The translations under genes and the position numbers were made by a program. This document shows, one piece after another, positions 45,101 through 56,537 of a stretch of 64,000 nt of DNA. A model generated the notes under the pieces. It saw only the letters and a list, made by a program, of their open reading frames with translations, made no database searches and was not told the origin of the DNA. Each line of letters starts with the position of its first letter. Positions within the stretch are counted from its first letter, which is position 1. Source of the DNA: Epithemia pelagica (taxonomy: Eukaryota; Protista; Bacillariophyta); the NCBI GenBank assembly GCA_946965045.2, contig OX337239.1, positions 1,364,001 to 1,428,000 of the forward strand. The letters run 5' to 3'.

Positions 45101-45455
45101 TGCCCGTCTAAGCAGTACTGGAACAGCAAATCGAATTCACGCCTCGGAAGAAACTGCCATGTCCTTACAGAGTTTTGGCAAGGCCGACTGGTTACATGCA
45201 CGTAACGAGACTGTAATGGCAAAGGGAAAAGGAGCCTTGTCAACTTATTGGATTGTACCAAACGAAAGAGTATTGGAAATGGGAAATTTTTCTGGTGATT
45301 TGTCCAACGCTTCCGAAGATGAGGAATTGCGCGGATCTTTGTCGCCAGACGAGGATAGTGGAAGCGCGTTCACTGGTGCGGGCAGTGAGGAAGAAGAACG
45401 TGTATCTTCCATGGACGAGAAACAAATTGCGTTTTCGAGTGATCGGCCGAATTAG
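42117..45455 (+). CDS. Receptor-type class III (guanylate-like) nucleotide cyclase with His/Asp-rich sensor region. Exons 42117-42389, 42488-43278, 43373-44931, 45032-45455; 1-nt frameshift at the last junction
   Basis: Two TM helices flank a large loop. Cyclase motifs VLFAEMDGF, FKVETVGDCYVAVAG, RMGLHT and RFQLFGDTVNTSAR. The exon 3 donor is phase 1 but the exon 4 acceptor needs phase 2 (expected H-T-G-P-I-T). Confidence 0.8.
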
Positions 45456-46981
45456 CGACGAAAAGTCGCCGTTCTGTCTTTTCACAACCCAACCACTTTG
45501 CTTCGTGCGACCAAGAAACGTAAGGGGAGGAAACTGGACTGTGTTACACTGTAGATCTCTTTGATCAGGAAACATTCCCAGTTCCTAGTAGAAAGACTGT
45601 ACATCAGGGGCTTCCAGTTTGATACGAGAAAGTCAGCATTCCAACAACAAGAAGACCCCATGCATACGAAAGATTCAACCTTGACTTGGGGAGGGAAGGT
45701 AACAAAATAAAAATGAAACTCGACCACAGTTTTTGTTCTCGCCAAAGCGATTCCTCCGCTAGTTTCCATACCTTCCTGTACGTCTTTCCAATGTATGGGT
45801 GGAAACAAACCATCTGTAGCTTGTTGAGAAACGGTCATCCGAACAGTATATTGAAATACAAAGTGCCTTTGGATGTGAAAAAGTGAACCAGTCAACCCCC
45901 GAAAAGAGTGCCATGTCGGCCCGGGTCTGGCTCCTTTACATCGTTGCATTGCTCAAAACTGATTCCCAATAAATTCCCCATGTCGCCGCCCGTTTCTGGT
46001 ATGGAAAGACTGTAATACTTTTCTGAACAGGAACACCCTATCAGTCAACTGATATTCTGACTTATCTGCTGAAGCAGTTCTTGAAAAGATATCAACAACC
46101 ATATTACTTTGCGGAGTTCGGCCAAAGGACATTCAAAGTTTGATCACCAGCTGTTGTTTTACAAAAACGATTCCCAGCACCATCAGTCGAAGATAGCGGC
46201 GACTTCATTGCATCTCATGAATCGATTATATGTCATGAAATGTAAGGTGTTTCATGTAAATGAAAACGGTGGTCCTGCTTCAGGTGCTTCTTCCTTGTTG
46301 CTTTCTTCTTCGACTTAATGCACCGTGAATCTGATGCCAGGTGCGCAATGATTGATTATCCTTCTTGGGTCGGTATGACCGGACTCAAATGAATACAACA
46401 AAGTATCAAATCAGTGGAAAAGCTTCAAATCACATGGAAAGGGAACCTTGACTACGTGCACAACATTCACGGAGCTTGTGCTGTGAAAGACAGCTTCCCC
46501 GTACCCCTACGCATACGAGTGGCGTTGCTGAAAAGGCGCGCAACTTGGAAGAATGATCAGCAACCGTTGGCCATCGGATTTTTTATACTTCCGAACAGTA
46601 TAACCCTCATACTTCCTATTGGAAACTGAATTGCCATTTCTCAACACTGTCCATTCCCATTTCTCTGGTGCTTAGATTTCCCATTCCCCAGACAACTTTT
46701 TCTCCATGGTCTGCTCTTGAAATACCTAGAAGTGATAACCTGCAAACTCCCATATACTTGCTACGGAGTTTAATGACGATCGCGCGGGGTAAGAACTATG
46801 CTGTGCATTAGGAGTAGTAGCTATAGTTTGGTCATCGTTATAAGGAATAGGAGTCGGTGCAGTTGTGTGGAACAGTAGTCAAACTTCAAGAACAAGTGGC
46901 GGCCATTGACAATCAAAAACTGTGTGCATCTTGAGGGGTCAAAGTTGCAAGAACCATGTCGCCACTGCTGGAGGTACATTG

Positions 46982-48328
46982 TTACCGCCGCTTGGCCATA
47001 TCATCCTTTTGCTTTTGGGCGTCTTGTTCCATGGTGAAGGCGTCCAACTCCAAAAACTTGTTTTCATAATATTCGGGGAACCATTGCATATCGTCTTTGC
47101 CCACCATGATATCCACAGTCTTCTTCAACCGCCAAAAGACATTGTGTTGAATGTAGGGGACCTTGTGACGACGACAAATGTCCTGAACTTGGGGAGCCGC
47201 CTTGCGATAACTCAACATACTGAGACTGGGCCACAAGTGATGTTCAATCTGGTAGTTCAACCATCCGTGACCAAAGTCAATCACATCGGTTCCCAAGTCA
47301 TAATCGACCGAGGCCAAGACTTGACGCAAATAAAAGGAACCGGAAAAGGGACGGCACGGCTTGCGGAACCGGTACAGGTCGTTCCCGGCGTGATTGGTCA
47401 CAACCGCCAAAAAGCCGTGAGCGTTGGTCAAGAGTTCGGCCAAGAACAAGTTGCAGACGGCGTTGCAATACATGGTGCTTGCCGTGTAACCTTCCATGTA
47501 GTGACCAACCAAGAGCCAGGGGAGGGGAGTGAGCAAAAAGTGGATGACAAAGTAGGGGCCGAGGACCATCATCATCAATTCCGAGAAGGAATAAAAGGGA
47601 TTTTCACCCGATAGACAAGAACGAATGGTAACCGGTTCATCCGAGTTGATTCCGGCTGGAACCTTCTTTCCCTCTCGACGCAACTGCGCAAGTTTGAGTT
47701 CCTTGTACGTGTTGGGGGAATAATAAAACCACTTCCAGGTGAACATGGCCGCAAAGATTACCATATACTTGTAGACGACTGGAACATTCATGTCCCGCAC
47801 CGTTTCCAAGTTCTGCTCCACCAGATCTGGGTCAGTGGTTTCACTCAAGTTGTAATGGTGGCGATTGTTGTGCTCCACATTCCACGCTTCAGGCATCATC
47901 CAATCAAACCAGTCATTGAATCGATTCCACAGACTTCCCAAGCCAAACTTGAATCTGGACCATCTACCCTTACTTTGAGGATGGCATTTTTCGTACCCAC
48001 CATGACAAGTGTGATGAGCAATCATGGTCCATCGAGAAAAGGTGTAGAGACTGAGACCAACAATGGGAACAAGGTGAATGCCAAATCCCATAGTCAACAA
48101 ACCAAGAGCGGCCAAACCATTGGACCAGCCAATCATTTTATTCAAGTGGTCCACATCGGCAGGCCCTTGTTCTTTCTCCAAACGTTTGCCCAAGGCTTGG
48201 ATTTCACTGCGGAATGCATTCAGATCCAACGATTCAATCCATGCCTGGTCCTTGCTCAACTCAGGACGTTGTTTGGCAGCATTGGAGGATGATTTTTGGA
48301 CTTGTTGTACGGCTTCAGGACAACACAT
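46982..48328 (-). CDS. Membrane fatty-acid desaturase (front-end-like His boxes, no fused cytochrome b5)
   Basis: His boxes HHTCHGG, EHNNRHH and QIEHHLWP. No HPGG b5 motif. Intact 448-aa ORF. Confidence 0.85.
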   Translation of the reverse strand: MCCPEAVQQVQKSSSNAAKQRPELSKDQAWIESLDLNAFRSEIQALGKRLEKEQGPADVDHLNKMIGWSNGLAALGLLTMGFGIHLVPIVGLSLYTFSRWTMIAHHTCHGGYEKCHPQSKGRWSRFKFGLGSLWNRFNDWFDWMMPEAWNVEHNNRHHYNLSETTDPDLVEQNLETVRDMNVPVVYKYMVIFAAMFTWKWFYYSPNTYKELKLAQLRREGKKVPAGINSDEPVTIRSCLSGENPFYSFSELMMMVLGPYFVIHFLLTPLPWLLVGHYMEGYTASTMYCNAVCNLFLAELLTNAHGFLAVVTNHAGNDLYRFRKPCRPFSGSFYLRQVLASVDYDLGTDVIDFGHGWLNYQIEHHLWPSLSMLSYRKAAPQVQDICRRHKVPYIQHNVFWRLKKTVDIMVGKDDMQWFPEYYENKFLELDAFTMEQDAQKQKDDMAKRR

Positions 48329-50199
48329 GTTATTGGTTGGTTGGCTTGCTCTAACTTAGTTACGGGTGAGAAAAATGAAAGGACTGATATGTGCAACAGG
48401 GAGCAGTTCGGATTGGGTACGTGGTGTGGATTCGGCAACGTTGTATCGGCACAACTGGAGAGACTGATATGAATGAGACTCGCAGCTCTAACCTTCACGT
48501 AAGACAATTCAAAAACAGAAAAACACAACGGTGGCGTTGTCGATCGCTCTGTTTGGCTTATGGGGGTAGGAATGGAATGCAACGATTTTGGAACCGGTTG
48601 ACTGGTAGTAGTAGGTGGTAGCAAAGGTGTGTAGTCGTTGGCTTCTTTTTTCCAAACCACCACATCGACCACAGAAATGTGTGCGTGTGCAGTTGATGAT
48701 GGATGGCGGCAGCCTCCGATAGTCATTCGGAAGCGGGGGTGACGTGGAAAGAGGCGAAAAACCCAAGCGAGTGCGCATGAATCCAGAAACGTGGTGGTAA
48801 TAGAAACAATGAGTTGGCAAATGCCGCGAGAGTGTAGACGATGACGCGGACCTTTCACGGAATCTTGCACATGCACATGTCCTCCCAAAAAGATACCATT
48901 TTACTTCTTGACGATCCACCGATGATCAAAGACTTCTATTTTCTCTTGTCACTTGTCATTCCGTTGTTGTGGAACTGATGTGGTTTGGGTCGGTCTCCAC
49001 CTTCCTCTCACCATCGATCCACTTGCTTGGTGCCAATGAGCCTTTCGTCGCATATCTATAATCTCCTATTCCGGAAAGACAGTTCATCTTTGCGTAGTGC
49101 CCGGTGAGTCTGTGACAGCACGAACTCGCACCTCATACAGTACAGGCTGGAGCTCTCCACAACAGAGTCTACATGCGCTTGTTACCTTGTAGAACGTTAG
49201 TCATCATTGGACCCGCAATCGAGTCGGCGCCTATCAGAGTGAGAGCCATAGTATCCGTATCTCTGATAAAAGCAGCACAAATGTGTTTGTAGGTACATCG
49301 GGTTCCTACCTTTCTTCTCCTACGAGGTTTGTTGTAGGACCATAATTCGTCGGTACATCCAGCCGAACCCTCTAGTAGATCTAATGTTTTCTAGGAGTAC
49401 CTTCGAACATGGTCCATCTTCGGTCACCACCTGGAGCTGGAGGTACTAGGTAGTTGTAGTAGGTGTAGTACTCCTAGAAGTCGGAGAAAGACGGACGACG
49501 GACGAGAGAAGCATAAGAGCGATTAGAAAGCGACCCAAAAAGAGGGGGGGTGGCCATGACGCAACACGGTTCGTGTTGGACGCCGTGTTGAACGCCATAT
49601 TAATTCTTAGCTTTCACGAAGAAATAGTTTCATAGGATGTTCGAAATATGGGCTACTTCTATATCGATGGGTAGTACAGGAAGAGAGGGAAGACCGACGA
49701 GCACATGCATCAGTGATTTCCGAGAAGGAAGCTGTTCATTCTCGGAAAGCGGAGATTTTGTATATGGATCAATGAGTAGTCGGCCTATGATGGTGTCGTT
49801 CGTGTGATGTCGTCGTCTGCTGGAAGTCATGTCTGCTGTTCTCTTTTCGGGAGATGTCGAGCGTGTCTGTGTTGTGGTCTTCTTTTTTCCGAGTTGATTG
49901 CATTGATTGATCTCTGGATGGTTCATTCTTCGTTTGGGATTGCCTTGTGCATGTTCTTGTCTTGTGAATGCCACTATTGAAGCCTTTGTCCTTGGAACGC
50001 ACGCACCAGGATTCCCCTTCACGAGATAGTAGAGACTGTGTGGTCATTGCAAAAGGAAGCCGACGGGGAAAGCCTTTCTTCGTTGGTAGTTCGTAGTGCT
50101 CGCATCCTTTGGTTGTTTAGTGGCTGATCTGAACGAAAACGACAACCACCAAGTGTGGAAACAACGATAAACGGCAAGAATAAGAGAAAAGAGGGTAAA

Positions 50200-51681
50200 A
50201 TGGCGAGCGAGGAATTTGTCACAATGGAGAGAAACAAACGGAGTTTGTTCGCACGGCGCCAAGACCACGTTTCGTGGCGGTGGTTGCTGGCAATGGCATT
50301 CCTACTTGTTCTATTCGGAAGGGCCCAATCTCATGACATGACAACCACCATCTCGACGGCCTTTGTAGGACATTTACACCCTGCCAGAACAGCAAGAACA
50401 ACACCATTGACCCAATTGTCCGTCTCATCGGTCCGTCCACCACCGGCGACCACGGCGATCGAATCGGCACCTTGTCTCTTGTCCTCCTCATCCTCCACCC
50501 AACTCTTGGTTCCTTCATCGGTTTCGTCGAAATGTCCCTTTTCTCGTTTCTTTGCCCGCACGAGAATACACCGCCACAAACAGTTAGATCATCAACAACA
50601 ACAAGATACAAAGGACGAAAAAGAACAGCAAACCAGTTTGTCGCTGATCCAACCGGCGACCGTACAACATGCTTCTGGATGGCATACCATATGGATGTGG
50701 CAGGAACAATCCTATCGTCGAGCACTGGCCTTGGCTTGCCCCTTTTTGCGACGGCGAGCGTCGGATGGTTTGGACCTGATCGATCAGGTACTCCATCTGG
50801 TCTGGAGAAGCAGCTCGACATTGTCCTCCACACTTGTATTGAATCACAACAAGAAGAGTCAGAATACCATGGACTGGATTCCTATTGCTTGGAGACGTGG
50901 TCCGGCCATTCAAGCCACACAACAACACCAGCAACATCACTATCATTCACGTGCCTTTCAATTGGCACCTCTCACCACGCAACAATTGCAAGAAGCCCTA
51001 CTGGTGGATTGGAAGGTACCTCGTGTTACAAACGACGAAAGTAACCACCCGACTGGAGAAGAGCACTTCAACAAGGGATATTACATCACGGGGCGTCTCA
51101 ATACGACACTTTATCATGGCGATTGTACCTTTGAAGGACCAGATCCAGATTTGCCCATTCGGGGAGTACGCAAATATGCGCGAGCTGCCGCTCAATTGTT
51201 TTGTTTCGACACCAGCTGGGCTGAATTGCTCTCGCTACAGGCCATCACAGAAACAAAGGATCCGGAAGACCCACAAGAAGGACAGCAGCACAACAAGGCG
51301 CAGGGAGATTCGCGGAGTCGTCCTACGTTGATGGCAACCTGGCGATTGCAAGCGCACTTGCGTTTGCCCTGGCATCCACCCTTACCCTTGGTATATGGCA
51401 CAACTACCTATTATACCCATGTCCAAACGGGGCGCATCACGCATCATGTCGAAAGCTGGGACAATTTGACACCCTGGCAAGCCTTTGTACAAACCCTCCT
51501 GTTGCCCCATCAAGTCACTGTCGTGGAACCACCACCGCCAGTGTTAACAACCAAGTGTGTTCTCGAAGATTCTACAGCAGCTCTGATTACAAAACCACAA
51601 CAACGAGGAGTTTTCCAAAATCCACAACTTGACTCCTACTCACGCATGAACATTGTGTCAGTGTTGTCGGAACCGCCGTGA
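50200..51681 (+). CDS. DUF2358 (SnoaL/NTF2-like) domain protein, probably organelle-targeted; start uncertain
   Basis: FEGPDPDLPIRGVRKYARAAAQLF...WRLQAHLRLPWHP...GTTTYY...GRITHHVESW matches the DUF2358 pattern. Hydrophobic N-terminal signal. Confidence 0.7.
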   Translation: MASEEFVTMERNKRSLFARRQDHVSWRWLLAMAFLLVLFGRAQSHDMTTTISTAFVGHLHPARTARTTPLTQLSVSSVRPPPATTAIESAPCLLSSSSSTQLLVPSSVSSKCPFSRFFARTRIHRHKQLDHQQQQDTKDEKEQQTSLSLIQPATVQHASGWHTIWMWQEQSYRRALALACPFLRRRASDGLDLIDQVLHLVWRSSSTLSSTLVLNHNKKSQNTMDWIPIAWRRGPAIQATQQHQQHHYHSRAFQLAPLTTQQLQEALLVDWKVPRVTNDESNHPTGEEHFNKGYYITGRLNTTLYHGDCTFEGPDPDLPIRGVRKYARAAAQLFCFDTSWAELLSLQAITETKDPEDPQEGQQHNKAQGDSRSRPTLMATWRLQAHLRLPWHPPLPLVYGTTTYYTHVQTGRITHHVESWDNLTPWQAFVQTLLLPHQVTVVEPPPPVLTTKCVLEDSTAALITKPQQRGVFQNPQLDSYSRMNIVSVLSEPP

Positions 51682-52141
51682 ACAGTAGGCGCACCTTTGG
51701 TTTTTGCCCATTTGTGTACAGCAGAAACAAAACTGAATCGTTTCGGAAAAAATATTAAAACAAACATCGATGGACGACTCAGGCCAACAGAAAAACGTCA
51801 CCACAAACCGACAAACAAAAGACTCAAGACCAATCTCCAGCTACAAACACCAGAGCTATTTCGTCTAGAAAGTTCAGCGGTTCGAAGGCAATGGCTGCTC
51901 CAATGTGAGAGAGGACAAGCGACACTCGAACGACATCATGCGTAAATGTGCTCCGCGTCATTATGATCTTTAGAAGCTGCATCCATCAGAGCGTGTGCAT
52001 GTGCATGTATAAATAATACCTCTATAGCTATAACATCGGTTCTTTAACGAAATGCATGATCTCAACTACCTGACACTTCGATCCAGTAAGAGGAGGAAAC
52101 GATCTTTGTACATGTAATCGTTCAGATTCACGACAATAAAA

Positions 52142-54659
52142 CTACTTTCGAGATTTCCAGTGCTCCTCATTTTCTCTCTTAATCCAAGCACCATAGCCAC
52201 TACGGTTTTCACAAAACATCATGTGGTTTCGCCATTCTAAATGCTCTTCGGCAACTTGGGCAATATATCGATAGGCCTGAGGACTGACACGATGGACCTC
52301 TTGTTGAATCTTATTCCAATCAAAATCGGAGCTAGAAGAAGACGAATCTTTATGAATGCTGGAAAGCTTTTGTTCCAAGTTCTCGAGCTGCTCATCCATC
52401 TCTTCAGAAAGAATTCGGAGACCGTTCTCGTCCGAAATGCCACCAGCTGTGCCCAACTGTGACAGCCAATCCGGTAAATCCAGCGACATACCAACGGCCA
52501 GACGAATGAAAATGCGAGTCAAAAACAAGGACGCCCTCAAAGCTGGAGCAACTGTCTTCAACCACTTTGTATCTCTTTTCAGAACAATTCCTGGACCAAC
52601 CTTTGATTGGTCGTGGGAGCATAAAAAATACAGAATATAGATCCGTTTGGTTCGGAAACGTGCTCTATTGAATCGACGTGGTCCACGAGATTCCCTTGGC
52701 AGGGTGAGAATATAGAGATTGGGACATTTAAGTTGGCCTTCTGCATGCTGCGCTCGTGCCCTGGCCGCAGCCAAGGCATACTGCTTCTGCTCCCGTGCCA
52801 GTGAGTCTACTACTTCAAACACTTTCGTTTGAAACACGTGGTCGACCGTTTTCTCCCGATACCGCAATTCGAGTTGCTCACGCTCCTTCTGTTCTATATC
52901 TCGCTGATGCTGAGATACCGCTGCAAAGTGATCGGCCACCAATGCGGGTTCCAGGATCTCCGCCAACTGATGCATTGTAAAGGGGTTCGATAGACAGTCA
53001 CCTTTTCGACAAATAATCTGAGGCGAACCAAGATTGCTTTTCACGTGTTGGGCAAAACAGTGATTGCAAAGGAAATGGGGCCTGAATGCTCGATTGCAAT
53101 TTATCCCTTGATCACCACTTCGTCCACAGGACTGACATATTCCTCCTTTGCATGTACTTGAAGCCGAGATGCAGCTTATTGTGCTGGATGTCAAAGTCAC
53201 TTCAATGGTCGATCTCTGCTCGGATGTGGCTTCTTGAGCACATCGGGTTTTCAGAGCCAGCAATCGGTCAAGACAAGTTGAAAATGTTATGCGTTCGTCT
53301 CGCCGTCCCTTGGGACAAACACAAGACATAGTCATTTCTACCACCTCGTTCAGAATCGTAGCTTTCCACCCTGGGATTTCGTATTTTGCTTTCTTCACCA
53401 GTGTTTCGAATGGGAGCGGTACATCTGTGGGCAACGGAAGCTTTCCTGTCAAAAGAGCCTGCAGGACAAACCCAAAAGAGTATACTTCACATTTTTCATC
53501 AAATGAATGTTGACCATCCATGTACTCGGGGGCCACATAAGGCATGGACCACCCAAGCATCTTTGTAGTAGTGGAGGAGTGTAACCGAGAGTCGTCGACA
53601 AACTTGGCAAGACCAAAGTCAATCAACATGACACGTTCTAGATCGTCCGTGAAACAAATGTTCTGTGGTTTCACATCACGGTGAGAACAACCTGATTTCC
53701 ACAGACATTCCAGTGCTGATGCAATCGATAGAGCAACATCAAGCCGTTTCCTCCAGTCAAATTGAGACATTTTTACATCTGCTGACGCATTGAGCAAATC
53801 TGCCAAGTTGCCACCGCCTGCATACTCATAAACTAGGCACCACATGGAGGGGTCATTTTCCGGAAGGGAGTACCCCAACAAACGAACGATATTGTCATGC
53901 CGAAGTTTTGAGAGACCCTTAATGCCAGACAAGAGAATAACATCAGATAGAATTGAAACAGAAATTCTAGGCGTCGTGGCAGTGCATCGATCTTACCTGG
54001 ATTTCATGAACAAGTTGGTGCCTTAGTTTGCCCTTCTTTTCCATTACAACATGTGCAAAATGCTTCTTTATCGCAAAGACTAGATCATCATCCTTGTCTT
54101 TCACTCGACCCACGTATACCGAAGCAAAACCTCCCCTACCTACTTCCCGATCTTCCGAAAAGTTTTCTGTTGATGCAACAAGAAAGGAAGGAGCAACTTC
54201 CTGCACGTTGTCTGGTACAGACGACTTGTATGCCTCAATCAGTGTTTGGCGGCTTTGTTCGTATTCTTTAGGACGCAGGTATTTTTTCTGAGAATCCAAC
54301 TCTCTACGACACAGTTCCTGAACCTCATTGATCTTTTTTACAATGGGAATCCGTTCTCGTAGACTGCACTTCGCCTTTTGGGCATGTAATGAGTTAAGCT
54401 GTAGTTGAAGTTCATGGTAGGAGGGGAAATCCTCACTGTCGCAAAGGGCTTCCAGCTGCGGCAACAATTCCTGTGCATTGGCTGCGCGGTCCAGAAGTTC
54501 AATGTCATGTGTATCGAGCGTCACCGATCCCAGGTCCTTGTTTAATTGTTCAATGTGATGGTCTAAATCTGCGCGTGTCGCATATCGGATGCGGAGTTCG
54601 CCAACCGATTGGCTGCCCCGCAAAGACAGTTTTGACTCGTCCGATGATGCAACTGAAAT
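52142..54659 (-). CDS. IRAK/Pelle-like protein kinase plus RING-type finger, coiled coil and ROCO/TORNADO1-like C-terminal domain. Exons 54659-53997 and 53917-52142; needs an upstream exon
   Basis: GRGGFASVY, FAIKK, spliced HEIQ|GLSKLRHDNIVRLLGY, LVYEY, WRKRLDVA, HRDVKPQN, IDFGLAK and YVAPEY. Then CxxC..C..H..CxxC..C..C. No in-frame ATG before kinase subdomain II. Confidence 0.85.
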
Positions 54660-54761
54660 CTACAGTCAGTACATGAGAATAGCGAACAGACCACATGAGG
54701 AAAAAAGAGAGTGAGAGAGCAGATAAATTTTGATGGCATATACACGTCTCTGGCGCGATCT

Positions 54762-55901
54762 TCATCGTCTTATCTCTTGACCTTTCGTGTCGTCGGCCTC
54801 TCCCTCGTGAGGGTCAACGAGAGCTACATTGAGAAATTCCACCGACGAATATTCCTTGTGACCACCACATACCACCAGCCTCAAATTCTCATCCGCATCC
54901 TTGTCATTTCTTCCTGTCTGCAGTAGTAATACCATGGAGGGCCATCGCCGTGGCACGGACAGATCGGGGAAATAATACTTGACTCGTCGTTTGGTATCAA
55001 TCACTTCGACCGATTGCAGTTGTTTGCTTTTACCATCAAATCCGCCCGCCACTACCAAACAAGAATGGGATGGTCCTACGGACACGACAGCACGTGAATA
55101 ACGAGGAATACGGAGTGCCAGTGTTCGATGCTCCTTCCAAAGCTTTCCATCCACCAACGGCGATATGGATGGGGGAAAGAGAGGACATGGCTTGCGATAA
55201 TCTGGCCTACTTTCCAAATTCTTTTCTTCTTCTTCTTCTTCTTTTTCAGCAACATCTTGGACTGTAGCAAGTTCGATAGATCGAACTCGATTCAAGGTTT
55301 GATTGAATTTGGGTTGGAATCCTCCCACAAGATACAATTGATTGCCAATCACGGCTGCTCCCAAACTACGACAGGTGTTGGGCATCTCGGGCCCCGCTCG
55401 CAGTAAGGTTGCGGTAGTTTTGGAAGCCGTATCTACAATATCCATCTTGGGAGATGATGATGATCCTCCCACAATGACAATCCACCGATCCTGGACAACT
55501 GTAGCCGCCGAGAAGGACCGACCATGGGAAAATCGACAGGGCATTGGCTGCCATTGTTTCTCCCAGGATGTCATGGCCTTGAAGGTAGCAGGTGGAAGTG
55601 TAGGATCCAAGGCTGAAACGAGAATGCGTTCCATCGAATGAGGTCCACCGCCAATGGCATAGACATGCCCATTGCAGAGCACGGCACACAAACCTACTCG
55701 TGGCCGATGCAAGTGGGGACCCGTCTCCCACTTGTGTTTCGCTGGATTGTAAATTTTTACCGAATATCCCTCGGAAAGATCCATTGTCATGGTATTGGCT
55801 GTTCCTCCCATGATAACAATGCTTTGTTGGTCGGGCAATACCACCGAAGCATGCAGCGCGCGAGGTTGATAGCCAAAATCGGGATACAGGGTTCGGTCCA
55901 T
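54762..55901 (-). CDS. Kelch-repeat beta-propeller (possibly the N-terminal exon of the kinase gene)
   Basis: Six GG-containing blades (IVIMGG, VYAIGG, IVIVGG, LYLVGG, VVAGG, VVCGG) with R..a....v..-type leaders and W/P ends. Confidence 0.85.
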   Translation of the reverse strand: MDRTLYPDFGYQPRALHASVVLPDQQSIVIMGGTANTMTMDLSEGYSVKIYNPAKHKWETGPHLHRPRVGLCAVLCNGHVYAIGGGPHSMERILVSALDPTLPPATFKAMTSWEKQWQPMPCRFSHGRSFSAATVVQDRWIVIVGGSSSSPKMDIVDTASKTTATLLRAGPEMPNTCRSLGAAVIGNQLYLVGGFQPKFNQTLNRVRSIELATVQDVAEKEEEEEEKNLESRPDYRKPCPLFPPSISPLVDGKLWKEHRTLALRIPRYSRAVVSVGPSHSCLVVAGGFDGKSKQLQSVEVIDTKRRVKYYFPDLSVPRRWPSMVLLLQTGRNDKDADENLRLVVCGGHKEYSSVEFLNVALVDPHEGEADDTKGQEIRR

Positions 55902-56537
55902 TTGTCACCCCTGTTGCGGAACTGCCAAACCTGATTTCCGTGCCTCCATTATTTGATGATCCAATGGCTTCAGTATGGTCGTTGTTCTAGAAATGATCCT
56001 TCAATTTGCAGAAACACTCTGCTGCGCTGGATGTGGCAGAAGAGTTTTACGGTCAGCTTCTTTTCTTGTTCTTATTTTTGGTTGGCTTCGTCTCTTGTCC
56101 AGTTCGTGGACTGCAGCGGCAGTCTCATTCTACACGTCCTTTCTTTCGGGAGCTGGATCACTAGAGAAAATGAAAATTGGCACTATACTTGTGAAGGCGT
56201 GTTCCGGTGCCTTGTACGAGCCATCTCCAATCGCAGCCAGAGGTGCTTCTACGAACGAACCTTTCCAGAATAGATCTTCATATTATATCTTTCGAGAAAT
56301 ATGGAGCTGTTTCTACTCCCCCGGCGCGCGCTGTTTGATCCCGCAAAATGATACCAACTATGAAATACATACAGAGGATCGATGCGTTAGAGGAGAGAAG
56401 ACGACTCTTTCGCGCAGGGCGACCAATGAAACAAGCTCGGGACTGACAAGTCTCTCATGAATACGATTCGTCAAACGACCCCCTTCTTCCAACCGACCAA
56501 GGACAAAGAAGAAAAACCAGCGACAGACTGATACTCG

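Noticed and set aside
45482-46629. Short ORFs between the cyclase and desaturase genes
   Set aside because: They show no motifs or coherent exon chain.
46922-47614. 230-aa plus-strand ORF
   Set aside because: It is an antisense shadow of the desaturase.
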